A stretch of DNA of 64,000 nucleotides from Phycisphaeraceae bacterium. GTDB taxonomy: Bacteria > Planctomycetota > Phycisphaerae > Phycisphaerales > Zrk34. Position 1 is the stretch's first letter, and every line of letters starts with the position of its first letter. A program made the position numbers and the translations under genes. The notes below the pieces were generated by a model, which did not search any database, was not told the DNA's origin, and saw nothing but the letters and a program-made list of their open reading frames with translations. Where the stretch lies: NCBI GenBank assembly GCA_040905565.1, contig JBBDRF010000092.1, positions 128,001 through 192,000 on the forward strand, written 5' to 3'. This document shows, piece by piece, positions 41,564 through 52,458 of the stretch.

Positions 41564-42130
41564 ATGAGCGGGATGTTAGAAGCCGAATGGATTGAGGTTG
41601 TGCCTTGGATGGCGGTGGTGGGCGGCGCGCTGGTGGCCGCGGTGACTGACTGCCGCACAAGGCGGATCCGCAACGTGCTGACGTTCCCGTTGCTGCTGGC
41701 GGGGTTGATCTTCGGTGGCGTGGTCGGAGGGGTCAGCGGTCTTGGTTCGGCGCTGCTGGGCATGCTCGTTCTGGGCGTCCCGTTTGTGGTGCTCTTTGTA
41801 GTGGCGTCGGGTGGTGCGGGGGATGCGAAACTGATGGGTGCGATCGGCGCGTGGTTGGGCGTGGGGCCTGGCTTGCCGGTGCTGGCGGCGGTGTTCATCT
41901 GGGGTGGTGTGATGGGGATCGTTTACGCGGTGTACAAGCGGCAGGCGGGGCAGGTGGGGAGGAGCGTGGCCATGCTCGGCATGGGCACGTTGATGGCGGC
42001 GGCGAGCAGAGGCAGGAACACAACGGCCCTGCATGCGGCGCAGGCGATGCCCGGCAGCGGCATGCGTATGCCGTACGGCCTGGCGATCCTGGCGGGAGTT
42101 CTTACCGGGGGGGTATGGACGTGGCTTTGA
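41564..42130 (+). CDS. cpaA: A24 prepilin peptidase CpaA/TadV
   Basis: TD...RRI.N and GAGDAKL aspartate motifs, multiple TM segments, C-terminal MPYGLAI. Confidence 0.9.
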   Translation: MSGMLEAEWIEVVPWMAVVGGALVAAVTDCRTRRIRNVLTFPLLLAGLIFGGVVGGVSGLGSALLGMLVLGVPFVVLFVVASGGAGDAKLMGAIGAWLGVGPGLPVLAAVFIWGGVMGIVYAVYKRQAGQVGRSVAMLGMGTLMAAASRGRNTTALHAAQAMPGSGMRMPYGLAILAGVLTGGVWTWL

Positions 42131-42567
42131 ACGGTTTACGCAGGAGATCGGCTCGGGGAAGAGGTCGCTGGCAGCGTCGGGGCATCTCGCTTCTGGAAGC
42201 GGCGATGGTGCTGCCGATCGTGTTGCTTCTGACTTTCGGGCTCATCGAGTACGCGTGGATATTTCTCAAGAGTCAGCAGGTCGCCAGTGCGGCGAGGAAC
42301 GGTGCGCGGGCGGCTTCGCTGCCGGACGCTCAGCAGGGCGAGGTGGTCGAGTCGGTCCGCCAATACCTGGAGGATCGTGGGCTGGACGGCGAGGGCGTTG
42401 CGGCAATCGTTCTGACGCCGGCGAACCTGAGCGATGCAAGTTCGGGTGAGCACGTGGAGGTAAGCGTGACGGTGGATTACCAGAAGGTCTCGATCACGGG
42501 GCTTCGGCTGATTCCCCGGCCCGAGTCGCTGGGCAGCAGTACGACGATGGCGAAGGAAGGGCCATGA
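42115..42567 (+). CDS. tadE: TadE-like pseudopilin
   Basis: RRG|ISLLEAAMVLP.......GLIE........AARNGAR motif. Confidence 0.88.
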   Translation: MDVALNGLRRRSARGRGRWQRRGISLLEAAMVLPIVLLLTFGLIEYAWIFLKSQQVASAARNGARAASLPDAQQGEVVESVRQYLEDRGLDGEGVAAIVLTPANLSDASSGEHVEVSVTVDYQKVSITGLRLIPRPESLGSSTTMAKEGP

Positions 42568-42649
42568 GTCGGTCGGGCGGCCCAGGCGAGCACGGCGGCA
42601 GCCGGCTGCGGGCGAAGGATCATCGAAGCAACGGGCACAGGAGCGGATC

Positions 42650-43633
42650 ATGAAGGGCACGATACTCGGACTGATGGCGCTGGGATTGATAGCGGCCGTT
42701 TCGGCGATGCTGCTGGTCTCGGCGATGATGGCCCAGGAAGGCACGGCAGCGCCGGGCGAAGCAGAGGTCGTCGCGGAGTCAGATGTGGAGGTGGTGGTGG
42801 CGCGATCAAGCTTGAATGCGCTGCACCAGGTCACGCAGGACGATGTGGTGGTTGAGCGCGTGAGCAAGAGCGAGGCGCCCGAGGGGGCGATGGGGCCGTC
42901 GTGGGTGATCGGCCGAACGATTTCGCTGCCGATGGCAGAAGGTCAAACCTTCACCCGGCGCAGCTTCACGGGTGAGGGACCGGGGGCTCATCTTGCGGCA
43001 GCGCTTCCGGATGGCAAGCGGGCGGTGAGCGTGCCCCTTGATACGTATTCAGGGATGGAAGGTCTGCTTTATCCGGGAAGCGTCGTGGACGTGGTGGCCT
43101 CACTGGGATCGCGGGCTGCGACGGCCGGCTCGGGTGCGGCATCGATCACGTTATTGGAGAGCGTGCAGGTGCTGGGCGTTCATGATCGCACCATCGTCAA
43201 CAGCAACGATGAGGACGAAGAGGAAGCAAGTGACACCAGTTCAACCGGCGATCGACGCAATAGCCAGAGCCGAGTCACGCTGATGGTGGATTCGGACCAG
43301 CTGCGGGCCCTGCAGTTGGCGATGGAGCATGGCAATGTCACGCTCGCGCTGCGGAATCCCAGCGACCGTTTGGGAGCCGAGGGCGTGACGTTCCTCAGCG
43401 AGCTAACCCACGAGGGACGGCCGAGGCCGAGCGACGAGCAACTCGCTGAGATGCTGCGGCGGTCGCAGGATGAAACGATGGAAGCGGTGGCGGCGATGCT
43501 GAATCGGCAGCCGTCGACGAAGAATCCTGAGGCGACCAGTGAGTCGCCGCAGGAGCAAGAAGCACGGGGATGGGATGTGGACGTTCTCCGTGGCGGCAAA
43601 CTCGAAACGCGGCGCCTGGTGCAGCAGCCCTGA
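42650..43633 (+). CDS. cpaB: Flp pilus assembly protein CpaB/RcpC
   Basis: SAF-like VVVA region, LP.GKRAVSV, PG..VDV, LLE.V.VL and LALRNP.D motifs. Confidence 0.9.
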   Translation: MKGTILGLMALGLIAAVSAMLLVSAMMAQEGTAAPGEAEVVAESDVEVVVARSSLNALHQVTQDDVVVERVSKSEAPEGAMGPSWVIGRTISLPMAEGQTFTRRSFTGEGPGAHLAAALPDGKRAVSVPLDTYSGMEGLLYPGSVVDVVASLGSRAATAGSGAASITLLESVQVLGVHDRTIVNSNDEDEEEASDTSSTGDRRNSQSRVTLMVDSDQLRALQLAMEHGNVTLALRNPSDRLGAEGVTFLSELTHEGRPRPSDEQLAEMLRRSQDETMEAVAAMLNRQPSTKNPEATSESPQEQEARGWDVDVLRGGKLETRRLVQQP

Positions 43634-43682
43634 GGCCGCTGCAACTGGTTAGGGCTTGGCTTCAATGGCAAGGAAAGTGCAT

Positions 43683-45206
43683 ATGATGAATTCGACGACT
43701 GCGATCGCGGGTATGCTCGGATGCGCAACGCTGCTGTTCTCACCTGCGACAGGGTTGGCGCAGGAGGAGACTGAGCCATCGCCACCCACTTCGGCGCCGG
43801 TGATCGTGCATGGCGGCGAAGACGACCTGGAACGCGTGGAGATCTTTCAGGGCCGCTCGCGCGCCATTCAGGCGCCGTGGCCGGTTCAGCGGGTGGCGGT
43901 AACTGACGAGGAAATCGCGGACGTGGTCGTGCTTTCGCCGCGACAGGTCATGCTCCTGGGCAGGCAAGTGGGGGCGACGGATGTGATTCTCTGGGGCGAG
44001 GATGAGGAGCAGGTCTGGCAGGCGAGAGTGCGGGTGGTCTCGGACCTGGACGACCTGCGTGCGGAACTGGAGGATATGTTTGAAGGCTCGGATTTAAAGC
44101 TGCGGGAGATTGGCGGCACCGTGATTGTCAGCGGCATGCTTCGCCGGGCCGAGCACGGGGCGAATCTTGCCGACCTGCTCGACGCCCGCGGGCTGCCCTT
44201 TACAGACATGACCACCCTGGCGGGGGTTCAGCAGGTGCAGATCGAAGTGCGCGTGGCGGAGGCAAGCCGCAACGCGATCCGCGCTCTAGGTGTGAACTTG
44301 TTCCACGCCAGCGACGATTTCGTCGGCGGGCTCATACCCGATGGATCTCCGCTTGCTTCCGGCGAGATCGCGCCGGATTTCCTCGAATCAATCAATGTCA
44401 GCCCCGGCGTGTCGCTGTTCGCCGGCATTCCCGCTGCGGACATGCAGGTGTTTATCCGGGCCCTCGCAGAGAACCAGTACATTCGGATGCTGGCTGAGCC
44501 GAATCTCGTAGCGATGAGCGGCGAGGAGGCGAGCTTCCTCGCCGGCGGCGAATTCCCCATCCCCGTTGTGCAGGGCGGCGCGGCCGATGGAACGGCCATC
44601 AGCATCGAGTATCGCGAGTTTGGGGTGCGGCTGGCCTTTCGGCCCACCGTTCTGGGCGACGGCACGATTCACCTGCACGTCGCGCCCGAAGTCAGCGAGC
44701 TGACCGATGTGGGTGCCGTGACGATTCAGGGCTTCCAGGTGCCTGCGCTGGTAACGCGCCGGGCGGAGACGACTGTCGAGCTTAAGAGCGGGCAGTCGTT
44801 CGCCATGGCGGGGCTGTTGCAGGACAGCGTGAGCGCACGCAACGCGGGCATCCCGGGTCTGCGGGATGTGCCGGTGCTGGGCGCCCTGTTCCGGTCGGTC
44901 CGCTACGAGCGCGGCGAGACGGAGCTGGTCGTGCTGGTGACGGCGAAGCTGGTGGAGCCGCTGAGCGATGTGGCGCGTCGACCCGTGCCCGACGTGCAGC
45001 ATCAGGAGCCGACGTCGTGGGAGCTATTCGTAGACGGGCGCATCGAAACGGATCGCCCGTCGCCACTTGCATCCGTCGATGCCCAATGGATGCGGGCGCA
45101 GGGCCTGCACCGACTCCAGGGCCCGGGCGCCTGGGCTAACTTTGAGCAGGCGCGGGTGCCGTTGCGCAGGCCGAGGCCGAAGCGGCGAGATCGGGACGGG
45201 CAATGA
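43683..45206 (+). CDS. cpaC: Tad secretin CpaC/RcpA
   Basis: QV.IEVRVAE, LAEPNLVAMSGEEASFLAGGEFPIP, EFGV.L.F.P, RRAETTVEL..GQSF and ETELVVLVT motifs. Confidence 0.93.
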   Translation: MMNSTTAIAGMLGCATLLFSPATGLAQEETEPSPPTSAPVIVHGGEDDLERVEIFQGRSRAIQAPWPVQRVAVTDEEIADVVVLSPRQVMLLGRQVGATDVILWGEDEEQVWQARVRVVSDLDDLRAELEDMFEGSDLKLREIGGTVIVSGMLRRAEHGANLADLLDARGLPFTDMTTLAGVQQVQIEVRVAEASRNAIRALGVNLFHASDDFVGGLIPDGSPLASGEIAPDFLESINVSPGVSLFAGIPAADMQVFIRALAENQYIRMLAEPNLVAMSGEEASFLAGGEFPIPVVQGGAADGTAISIEYREFGVRLAFRPTVLGDGTIHLHVAPEVSELTDVGAVTIQGFQVPALVTRRAETTVELKSGQSFAMAGLLQDSVSARNAGIPGLRDVPVLGALFRSVRYERGETELVVLVTAKLVEPLSDVARRPVPDVQHQEPTSWELFVDGRIETDRPSPLASVDAQWMRAQGLHRLQGPGAWANFEQARVPLRRPRPKRRDRDGQ

Positions 45207-46246
45207 AGGGGCCTCGCACGACGGATGCGGTTAAAGGAGGCGTGGTAATTTTGGACTCTCCCGGACTCGCGTTGATATCCAGCGATCAGCAGTTGCACGC
45301 TGCAGTGAGCGAGGCTTTGTCCTCCAACGGAACCACGTACCCGCTAGATTCCACCTGCGGAACTCTGGCCGAGGCACGCAAGCGTCTGGACCGTTCGCCA
45401 GCTTCCGTGGCGCTGGTCGATATGCGGGATGCGCCCAACCTGAACGAACTCGGGCCTCTGATCGGTCGGTACAACACAACCCGTTTCGTGGTCATTGCTG
45501 AACAGCGTGATCCGGAACTGCTGATGCAGGCGATGCAGGTGGGCGTGCGTTTTGTGATGAGTCGTGGATCGGTCCGCCAGGATCTCAGCGGCGTGCTCGG
45601 GCGCTTCAGAGAAGCAGACCGGGCAGAGGAGCCGCCGGTTGGGAGCCTCGTGACCGTGCTGTCGGCAGGCGGCGGTTCGGGCGCCACGACCATCGCCGTG
45701 AACCTCGCCGACGAACTGCGACGTCTCTGCAAAGCGCCGGCCCTGCTGATCGACATGGACGTGAACTACGGTGCCGCCGGCTCATACCTCGGCATGGAAG
45801 GAACGTACGGCATTGCCGACGTGCTCAATCGCGGACAGGTCGATCAGCAACTGCTTCAGTCGACAGCCCAGTCGCATGACGACGATCTCGACGTGCTGCT
45901 GAGCCCGGTGGCGACGCAATCGTTCGACCCGTCCCCGCTCAACGGCGCAAATCTTCAGTCCGCGCTTGACGCCTGTCGCCGCTGCTATACCAGCACGGTC
46001 ATCGATGCGCCGCGGGTGTCGATGGAGTTCGTTGAAACGCTCGTTGCCAACAGTCACGCGGTACTGCTGGTCCTCCAACTCGGCGTGAAGGATGTGCGGA
46101 TGGCCAGCACGATGCTTAAGGCGATGCGCCGCCGGGGGATGCCGATGGATCAGGTCATGCCGGTGATCAACCGCTACCGAGGCCGACACCAGTGGCTGAA
46201 CCTCGCCGAGGTGCAGGAAGCGCTGGGCGAGGTGGAAGTGGGGCGG
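45203..46246 (+). CDS. cpaE: CpaE/TadZ (receiver-like domain + degenerate MinD/ParA ATPase), C-terminally truncated
   Basis: GGSGATT.AVNLA, LLIDMD, VIDAPR and VINRY motifs; the frame then runs into CpaF-type sequence. Confidence 0.8.
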
Positions 46247-47294
46247 GTGAGCGACGTGCTGATCAACGGACCGCATCAGATCTACGTGGAGTCGGTACGG
46301 CAGGCTGACGCCCACCACCGACATCAGCTTTCACGATGACAAGCACCTCATCCAGGTGATCCAGCGAATCGCCAATTCCGTGGGCCGGCGCATCGATGAG
46401 GCCTCGCCCATGCTCGATGCGCGTCTGGAGGACGGCTCGCGCGTCAATGCGATCATCCCGCCGCTGGCGCTGGATGGGCCGGCGATGAGCATCCGTCGTT
46501 TCGCCGCCGTGCCGATCACCGTCGAGAAACTCGTCGAGTTCGACGCGATGGCTGAGCCAATGGCCCAGTTCCTGCATGCATGCGTCAAGGCCAAGCGTAA
46601 CATTCTGATTGCCGGGGGCACCGGGTCTGGTAAGACGACGCTGCTGAACGTGCTTTCGCGTTGGATCCCCGACGGGGAGCGGGTGGTGACTATTGAGGAT
46701 GCCGCCGAGCTTCAGTTACAGCGTGACCACGTGGTGCGTCTGGAGACGCGGCCGCCCAACATCGAAGGCCGCGGTGAAGTCAGCCAGCGCGAGCTACTGC
46801 GCAACACGCTCCGCATGCGGCCCGACCGCATCATCGTCGGCGAGGTTCGCGGTGCCGAATCGCTGGACATGCTCCAGGCGATGAACACCGGTCACGAAGG
46901 ATCCATGACCACGGTTCACGCCAACAGTAGCCGCGACGCGATCAGCCGTGTCGAGAACATGGTCGCCATGGCGGGGTTCAACTATCCCATCAATGTGGTG
47001 CGCACGCAGATCGCGGCCGCCCTCGACATCGTGGTGCATCTCAGTCGTCTTACCGGTGGTCGGCGAAAGCTGCTGGCAATCTCCGAACTCACCGGCCTGG
47101 AGGGAGACGTTGTCTGCATTCAGGATCTGTTCGCGTTCAAGCAGACAAGCATCGACGCCGAGGGCCATGCCGTGGGGCACTTTGAGGCCACGGGTGTACG
47201 TCCGAAGATGATGAACGAAATACAGTCCGAGGGCATCGACCTTCCGCCTGATCTGTTCCAGCGGCGTGTGATGTCCGAGGGAGCAGCCGGATGA
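46247..47294 (+). pseudogene. cpaF: CpaF/TadA assembly ATPase lacking its N-terminus, with a +1 frameshift at 46292
   Basis: [14 protein letters not shown] / RYGRL...[15 protein letters not shown]; Walker [36 protein letters not shown]. Confidence 0.85.
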
Positions 47295-48271
47295 ACGACG
47301 TTACCGACATCATTCGCCTCGTCGCGATGATCTCCGTCTTCGGCCTCATCATCAGCGTATGGGCCATGGGCGTCTGGTTCTGGGCCCTGCGACAGGTGGG
47401 GCGCAAACGACATCTGCAGCAGCGGCTGCATCTTGGTGAGGTCGCCCCGGAGCATAGCCGGGTTGTCCGGCTGTGGCTCGACGGCGAGGATGTCTCGACG
47501 CTGGTCGAGGGCGTTGGCAGTCGTTCGCTGTTGGACAAGCTGGAACACATGCGTCGCGACGCTGGGCTGCCCTGGCCGGCGGCAACGTTGGCGCTTCTCC
47601 TCGCTGGCGGCGTCAGCATGACAGGCTTGATGGTTGCCGCGTGGAGCGGGACCGCGCTGCTCGGCGGGATCGCAGCAGCCACCGTGCTTCTCGTGTTCTG
47701 GATCTACATCAACCGCCGCATTGCGAAGCGGGCGCTTCTCTTTGATCGTCAACTGGTCGACGCGATGGACCTTGCAGCACGTTCGCTGCGTGCGGGTCAC
47801 CCGCTCAATGCCGCGTTCCAACTGATAGCCGACGAAGTTCCCGACCCGGTAGGGGGCACCTTCTCGGAAATCTGCCAACAGCAGGAGCTAGGCGTCGGCA
47901 CGGAGGAGGCCATCCGTGTCGCAGCAGGAAAAACGCACAGCAGCGACATGAAACTCTTCGGCACAGCGGTGACCATCCAGCTGCGCAGCGGCGGCAATCT
48001 GGCCGAAATGATGTACCGGCTGGCCCACGTCATTCGGGATCGCATGCGTCTGCAACGGCGTGTTCAGGTGCTCACGGCACAGACGCAGTTCAGCAAAAAC
48101 GTGCTCCTCGCTCTGCCGTTCATCATCATTGCGGCGCTCCACGTCGTCAGCCCCGACTACCTCACGCCGATGTTCCACACGCGCGGCGGCCAGCAGATGC
48201 TCGCAGTGGCGGGTGTATGTCTGCTGCTCGGAGCGTGGATGATGAATTACCTCTCAAAAATCCGCTACTGA
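47291..48271 (+). CDS. tadB: TadB inner-membrane platform protein
   Basis: [23 protein letters not shown] and LTAQ motifs; T2SSF-like topology. Confidence 0.9.
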   Translation: MNDVTDIIRLVAMISVFGLIISVWAMGVWFWALRQVGRKRHLQQRLHLGEVAPEHSRVVRLWLDGEDVSTLVEGVGSRSLLDKLEHMRRDAGLPWPAATLALLLAGGVSMTGLMVAAWSGTALLGGIAAATVLLVFWIYINRRIAKRALLFDRQLVDAMDLAARSLRAGHPLNAAFQLIADEVPDPVGGTFSEICQQQELGVGTEEAIRVAAGKTHSSDMKLFGTAVTIQLRSGGNLAEMMYRLAHVIRDRMRLQRRVQVLTAQTQFSKNVLLALPFIIIAALHVVSPDYLTPMFHTRGGQQMLAVAGVCLLLGAWMMNYLSKIRY

Positions 48272-48301
48272 TCGGACCTCTGATGAAGGCGACAGTCTGA
48301 C

Positions 48302-49228
48302 ATGCTCGAATCTCTGCTCATTGGTGGGCTCGTGTTTTTCGCCGTCGTAACTGTCGGCGGTGCATTGGTGGCCGTGCGCGCATCACGGCGTGATGTCATC
48401 CGAAGCCGACTGCAGACAAGTGACTATCGACCTGTCACCGCGTTTCCCGACACGCCCGATTCGAGGACGGGGCCTGACGGTCTGGGCAAGGCTCTGCAGA
48501 CGCTCGGCCACGCCGCCGGCGCCAGGAATCCTTCCAAGCGTCTGGAGCAGGAACTGCTCCGGGCTGGCTACTACCAACCGACCGCTGTGGCGATCTTCTT
48601 CGGCGCGAAAGCTGTCGCTTTCTTCGGCGGCTTGGGCCTTTTGACGTTGATCACAATCCCGACCGACATCGCGCCGATGATGCAACTGATGCTGATCGTC
48701 ACCGGCGCCGCGGCTCTCTCCGTCACGCCCAACATCTTTCTAAGCATCTGCAAGTCGAGGCGTGAGCAGGAAATTCGGCAGTTCTTCCCCGATGCGATCG
48801 ACCTTTTGGAAATATGCATCTCTTCGGGCATGGCGCTGCATTCGGCTTGGAACGCCGTCACCGAAGAGGTACGGGCGGTGAGCACCGATCTCGCCGACGA
48901 AATGGCGCTGACGGCCCTGGAGACTCAACTGGGCGTGGCCACCCACGAAGCGCTACGGCACATGGCCGACCGGACCGGCGCTCAAGAGATCGATTCGCTT
49001 ACCTCAGTCATCATTCAATCCGAGCGCTTCGGCACAAGCGTTGCCGAGGCGCTCAGCACCTTCGCAGCCACCGTGCGCGAGGAACGCAGCATGCGTGCAC
49101 AGGAAGCGGCGGAGAAGATGGCCGTGAAACTCATCCTGCCGATGGTTCTGTTTATCTTTCCCGCCGTCATGATCGTCATGGTCGGGCCGGCTTTCCTGAC
49201 ACTCATGCGAGGGCTCGCAGATTTGTAG
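48302..49228 (+). CDS. tadC: TadC inner-membrane platform protein
   Basis: FPDAIDLL.IC..SG, IQSERFGTSV, RAQEAAEKMAVKL..P...FIFP and GPA motifs. Confidence 0.92.
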   Translation: MLESLLIGGLVFFAVVTVGGALVAVRASRRDVIRSRLQTSDYRPVTAFPDTPDSRTGPDGLGKALQTLGHAAGARNPSKRLEQELLRAGYYQPTAVAIFFGAKAVAFFGGLGLLTLITIPTDIAPMMQLMLIVTGAAALSVTPNIFLSICKSRREQEIRQFFPDAIDLLEICISSGMALHSAWNAVTEEVRAVSTDLADEMALTALETQLGVATHEALRHMADRTGAQEIDSLTSVIIQSERFGTSVAEALSTFAATVREERSMRAQEAAEKMAVKLILPMVLFIFPAVMIVMVGPAFLTLMRGLADL

Positions 49229-49270
49229 GCCATGAGCCGTTTTCTGTAGAAAGACCAAAAGGATCGCAGC

Positions 49271-49774
49271 GTGAAAAACTATCTCCTCCCGTTTGTGCTT
49301 GCCGGCGCCGCATGCGTCGGCTGCCAGGATCCCGTATCGCCTCCCTTTTCAGATGAACGTGTGGCAACGAATCGCTGGGCTGTCGAAACTTATTCCGAAG
49401 ATTCGGCCGGGCTTGCCATCATCCGCCAGCGCACCGTTTATCCGCACCACTTCGTCACCGATGTTTCGGTGCTCAACGAACTCGGCGCTCACGAACTGGG
49501 CATTCTCGCCCCCCACCTGCGCGAACATGGCGGGAAACTGAACGTCGCCCGGGGCGGGGCGGATAACGATCTCTACCAGCGGCGACTGGACAGCGTCCAG
49601 AACTATCTGCTCGACGCCGGGCTTGAGGAGGAGCAGATCGCGCTGGCTGACGAGTTGCCGGGAGGTGAAGGCCTGCCCGGCCGCCACGTCATTGTCATTC
49701 TCGGCGGGCCCGTCACGATCCCCAACTACCCCAACCGCGGCGATGCGCTGCAGCGACCGGAGGTCCAGCAATGA
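49271..49774 (+). CDS. Tad-associated lipoprotein (possibly CpaD-like)
   Basis: Lipobox-like CVGC; position between tadC and the TPR gene; LNELG...L motif. Confidence 0.6.
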   Translation: MKNYLLPFVLAGAACVGCQDPVSPPFSDERVATNRWAVETYSEDSAGLAIIRQRTVYPHHFVTDVSVLNELGAHELGILAPHLREHGGKLNVARGGADNDLYQRRLDSVQNYLLDAGLEEEQIALADELPGGEGLPGRHVIVILGGPVTIPNYPNRGDALQRPEVQQ

Positions 49775-50484
49775 TCACGCTTTCCCCCTCAACACCACTG
49801 GCAGCGGCCGTCATCCGCTCGACCATGCTGGTTCTACTCCTGGTGGCTGTCGCTGGTTGCGAAACGGGCCAGAACAATAATGTCAGCCCCAGCTACGCCA
49901 GTAACAGCCGTGATAACGCCGAGCATGACGCGTTTGTGCGAGGCGCCGATCGGCCCCCGACCCCGCGGACGCTCTGTGCCATGGCCGGCATGCTCGTGGC
50001 GCAAGGCAAAGACGAAGAGGCGACCTTCGTTTTGCGGCGCACCATCAGCGAGCACCCCAGCTACGCCCCGGCCTACAACGCCCTCGCCGAGGTTCACACA
50101 CGGCAGGACCGTCTCGATCTGGCCATTGAAACCGTCGAGGCCGGTCTCGAGCAATTGCCCGGAAACGCTGTGCTGCTGAACAATCGCGGGATGATTGCGC
50201 TGTTTGAGAAAGACTACGAAACGGCCACTGACTATTTTCAGCAGGCGGCCGAGCAACGCCCCGACGGGCGTTACCAGGCGAACATGGCTCTGGGCCTTGC
50301 GATGCAGGGATTGTACGACGAGGCGCTGGAGGCCTATCGGCTTGCCGTTTCCGAAGGCGAAGCGCACTTCAACGTTGCCGTGGCAGCCGAGGCCCGTAAC
50401 GATCTGGAGTACGCGGCCGAATCGTTCGAACGTGCCGAGACCCACAATTTCCGGCTGCCCCGAGATGCCCCAACACACAACTAG
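49771..50484 (+). CDS. tadD: TPR lipoprotein, TadD-like pilotin
   Basis: Lipobox VAGC and TPR-like repeats (AYNALA, LLNNRG, AHFNVA); last gene of the locus. Confidence 0.7.
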   Translation: MITLSPSTPLAAAVIRSTMLVLLLVAVAGCETGQNNNVSPSYASNSRDNAEHDAFVRGADRPPTPRTLCAMAGMLVAQGKDEEATFVLRRTISEHPSYAPAYNALAEVHTRQDRLDLAIETVEAGLEQLPGNAVLLNNRGMIALFEKDYETATDYFQQAAEQRPDGRYQANMALGLAMQGLYDEALEAYRLAVSEGEAHFNVAVAAEARNDLEYAAESFERAETHNFRLPRDAPTHN

Positions 50485-50687
50485 CTTTTGTTCGGAGAAA
50501 GCGGCAGAAACGGGAAAACCTGCCGCTTATTCGGAAGTGTCGTAGTTTACGTTTAGAGACCGGCGGCGGTCCGCTTCGAAAGATCCCGCAGCCGGAGTTC
50601 CATTAAGAGCCGGCAAATTCTGGATCAAGGACGGAAGATGGGGTCGCCGTGATCCAATTGCTCTGCGTCCGATACGGCGACGCCGAG

Positions 50688-50750
50688 ACTGCTGAACCGG
50701 ACTTCGCGGGATCGGTCAGCGCAAGGGTTGTGGCGTTGGAACTGCTGGCT
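50688..50750 (+). repeat. Element-end motif A, copy 2
   Basis: actgctgaaccggacttcgcgggatcggtcagcgcaagggttgtggcgttggaactgctggct, similar to 37767..37831. Confidence 0.7.
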
Positions 50751-50759
50751 CGAAGCGGG

Positions 50760-50945
50760 CCATCGCCGCACCCCCTCGATTGAGCCCGCCACCTCCTCCG
50801 CGGGCGGCCCGTCACTTTCGCCCAACGGCACATTCCCCAACGACTGATGCGGGCGCATCGTGTTGTAATACGTCACGTATGTCTGCACGATGTGGTCAAC
50901 CTGAGGCAGGCCGAAGCACGCCAGCGCGTTCAGGCACTCACGCAG
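50760..50945 (-). mobile_element. rve transposase C-terminal fragment, copy 2
   Basis: LRECLNALACFGL.QVDHIVQTYVTYYNTMRPHQSLGNVPLG closely matches copy 1. Confidence 0.8.
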
Positions 50946-51042
50946 GCTTGGAGATTCGGGCATTCTTGACGGCCCTGAGGGTGCGACCGATGCACGGGAC
51001 GCTTACCATAAGCTCGATCAACGGCCCCAACAGGAGGCGAAG

Positions 51043-52458
51043 ATGGCGAGGACAGTCGATGTGGCGATCGTCGGAGCGGGGACAGCCGGGCTCAGCGCGT
51101 TGCGCGAAGTTCGAGGCGTAACCGAGAATTTTGTCATCATCAACGCCGGCGACTGGGGCACGACCTGTGCCGCGCGAGGGTGCATGCCCTCCAAGGCATT
51201 GATCGAAGCGGTGAACGCGTTCCATCGCCGGCATGATTTCGCCGCGTTCGGCATTGGCGGAAGCGAAAGTCTTTCCATTGAGGTACCCGCCGTGCTCGAG
51301 CGCGTGCGGCGTTTGCGGGACGGTTTTGCGAGCGGGCCGCGGTCCAAGCCAGAGCAACTCGGCGAGCGGGCGGTGTCGGGCCGGGCACGCCTAACCGGGC
51401 CCGATCGTCTTGAGGTCAACGGCGAGCAGATCGTCGCACGCCGGATCGTCCTCGCCCCCGGCAGCGCCCCGATTGTGCCCGAATCGTGGGCGTCGTTCGG
51501 CGACCGTATCCTGACGACCGATACGCTTTTCGAGCAGCCCGATCTGCCCCGACGAATCGCCGTGGTTGGGCTGGGCGCCATCGGCCTCGAAATGGCGCAG
51601 GCATTGGCGCGACTGGGGCGCGAGGTCGTGGCCTTCGACGCGCTCGATCGCGTCGGCGGCGTGGACGATCCAGAGGTGGCGATGGCCCTGCACGAACGGC
51701 TTGCATACGAGTTTCCGATTCATCTGAGGGCAAACGTGGAACTTCAGGAGGCGGATGGGCAGATCTCCGTGGCATGGGCGGACGCCTCGGTTGAGGTTGA
51801 TGCCGTCCTGGCCGCGATGGGTAGACGCCCTAATCTCGATGATCTCGGGCTTGAGACGCTTGGCGTGACGTTGGACAAACGCGGGCTGCCTCCGGTGAAT
51901 ACCGAGACATTGCAGGTGGCGGATTTGCCCATCTTCCTCGCAGGCGATGCGAACGGAGACCGCCCCATACTGCATGAAGCCGCGGACGATGGGCACATCG
52001 CAGGCCGTAACGCCATAGCCGAGCACGTGCAGGCCCACTGTCGCCGTACCCCTTTGTCGATCGTCTTCTGCGATCCACAGTTAGCGCGCGTGGGAGCGCC
52101 GCTGTCGTCACTCGATCCGGAGCGCACCGTGGTCGGTTCGGCGGATTTCACTCGCCAGGCTCGCGCTCGCACCGCCGAGAGGGCTGTTGGACTGCTGCGC
52201 GTTTATGGCGATCGCCAAACCGGCCGCCTGCTCGGCGCGGAGATGGCGATCCCGGCCGCCGAGCATATCGGGCATCTGCTGGCACTGGCGATCGAGCAGA
52301 AGTTAACCGTTCAGCAAGTGCTAGCCATGCCGTTTTACCATCCGGTCCTCGAGGAAGGATTGCGGGGCGCGCTGCGGCAGATCGCGAAGAAGACAACGCA
52401 GGCCGGCGCGTCAGATCTGTCGACATGCCCCGAAGTCGGCTACGAAGCGATCGATTGA
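51043..52458 (+). CDS. Dihydrolipoyl dehydrogenase-family flavoprotein disulfide reductase
   Basis: AGGAGG RBS; GAGTAG FAD motif; GTTCAARGCMPSK redox disulfide; GLGAIGLE; AGD; YHPVLEE. Confidence 0.9.
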   Translation: MARTVDVAIVGAGTAGLSALREVRGVTENFVIINAGDWGTTCAARGCMPSKALIEAVNAFHRRHDFAAFGIGGSESLSIEVPAVLERVRRLRDGFASGPRSKPEQLGERAVSGRARLTGPDRLEVNGEQIVARRIVLAPGSAPIVPESWASFGDRILTTDTLFEQPDLPRRIAVVGLGAIGLEMAQALARLGREVVAFDALDRVGGVDDPEVAMALHERLAYEFPIHLRANVELQEADGQISVAWADASVEVDAVLAAMGRRPNLDDLGLETLGVTLDKRGLPPVNTETLQVADLPIFLAGDANGDRPILHEAADDGHIAGRNAIAEHVQAHCRRTPLSIVFCDPQLARVGAPLSSLDPERTVVGSADFTRQARARTAERAVGLLRVYGDRQTGRLLGAEMAIPAAEHIGHLLALAIEQKLTVQQVLAMPFYHPVLEEGLRGALRQIAKKTTQAGASDLSTCPEVGYEAID

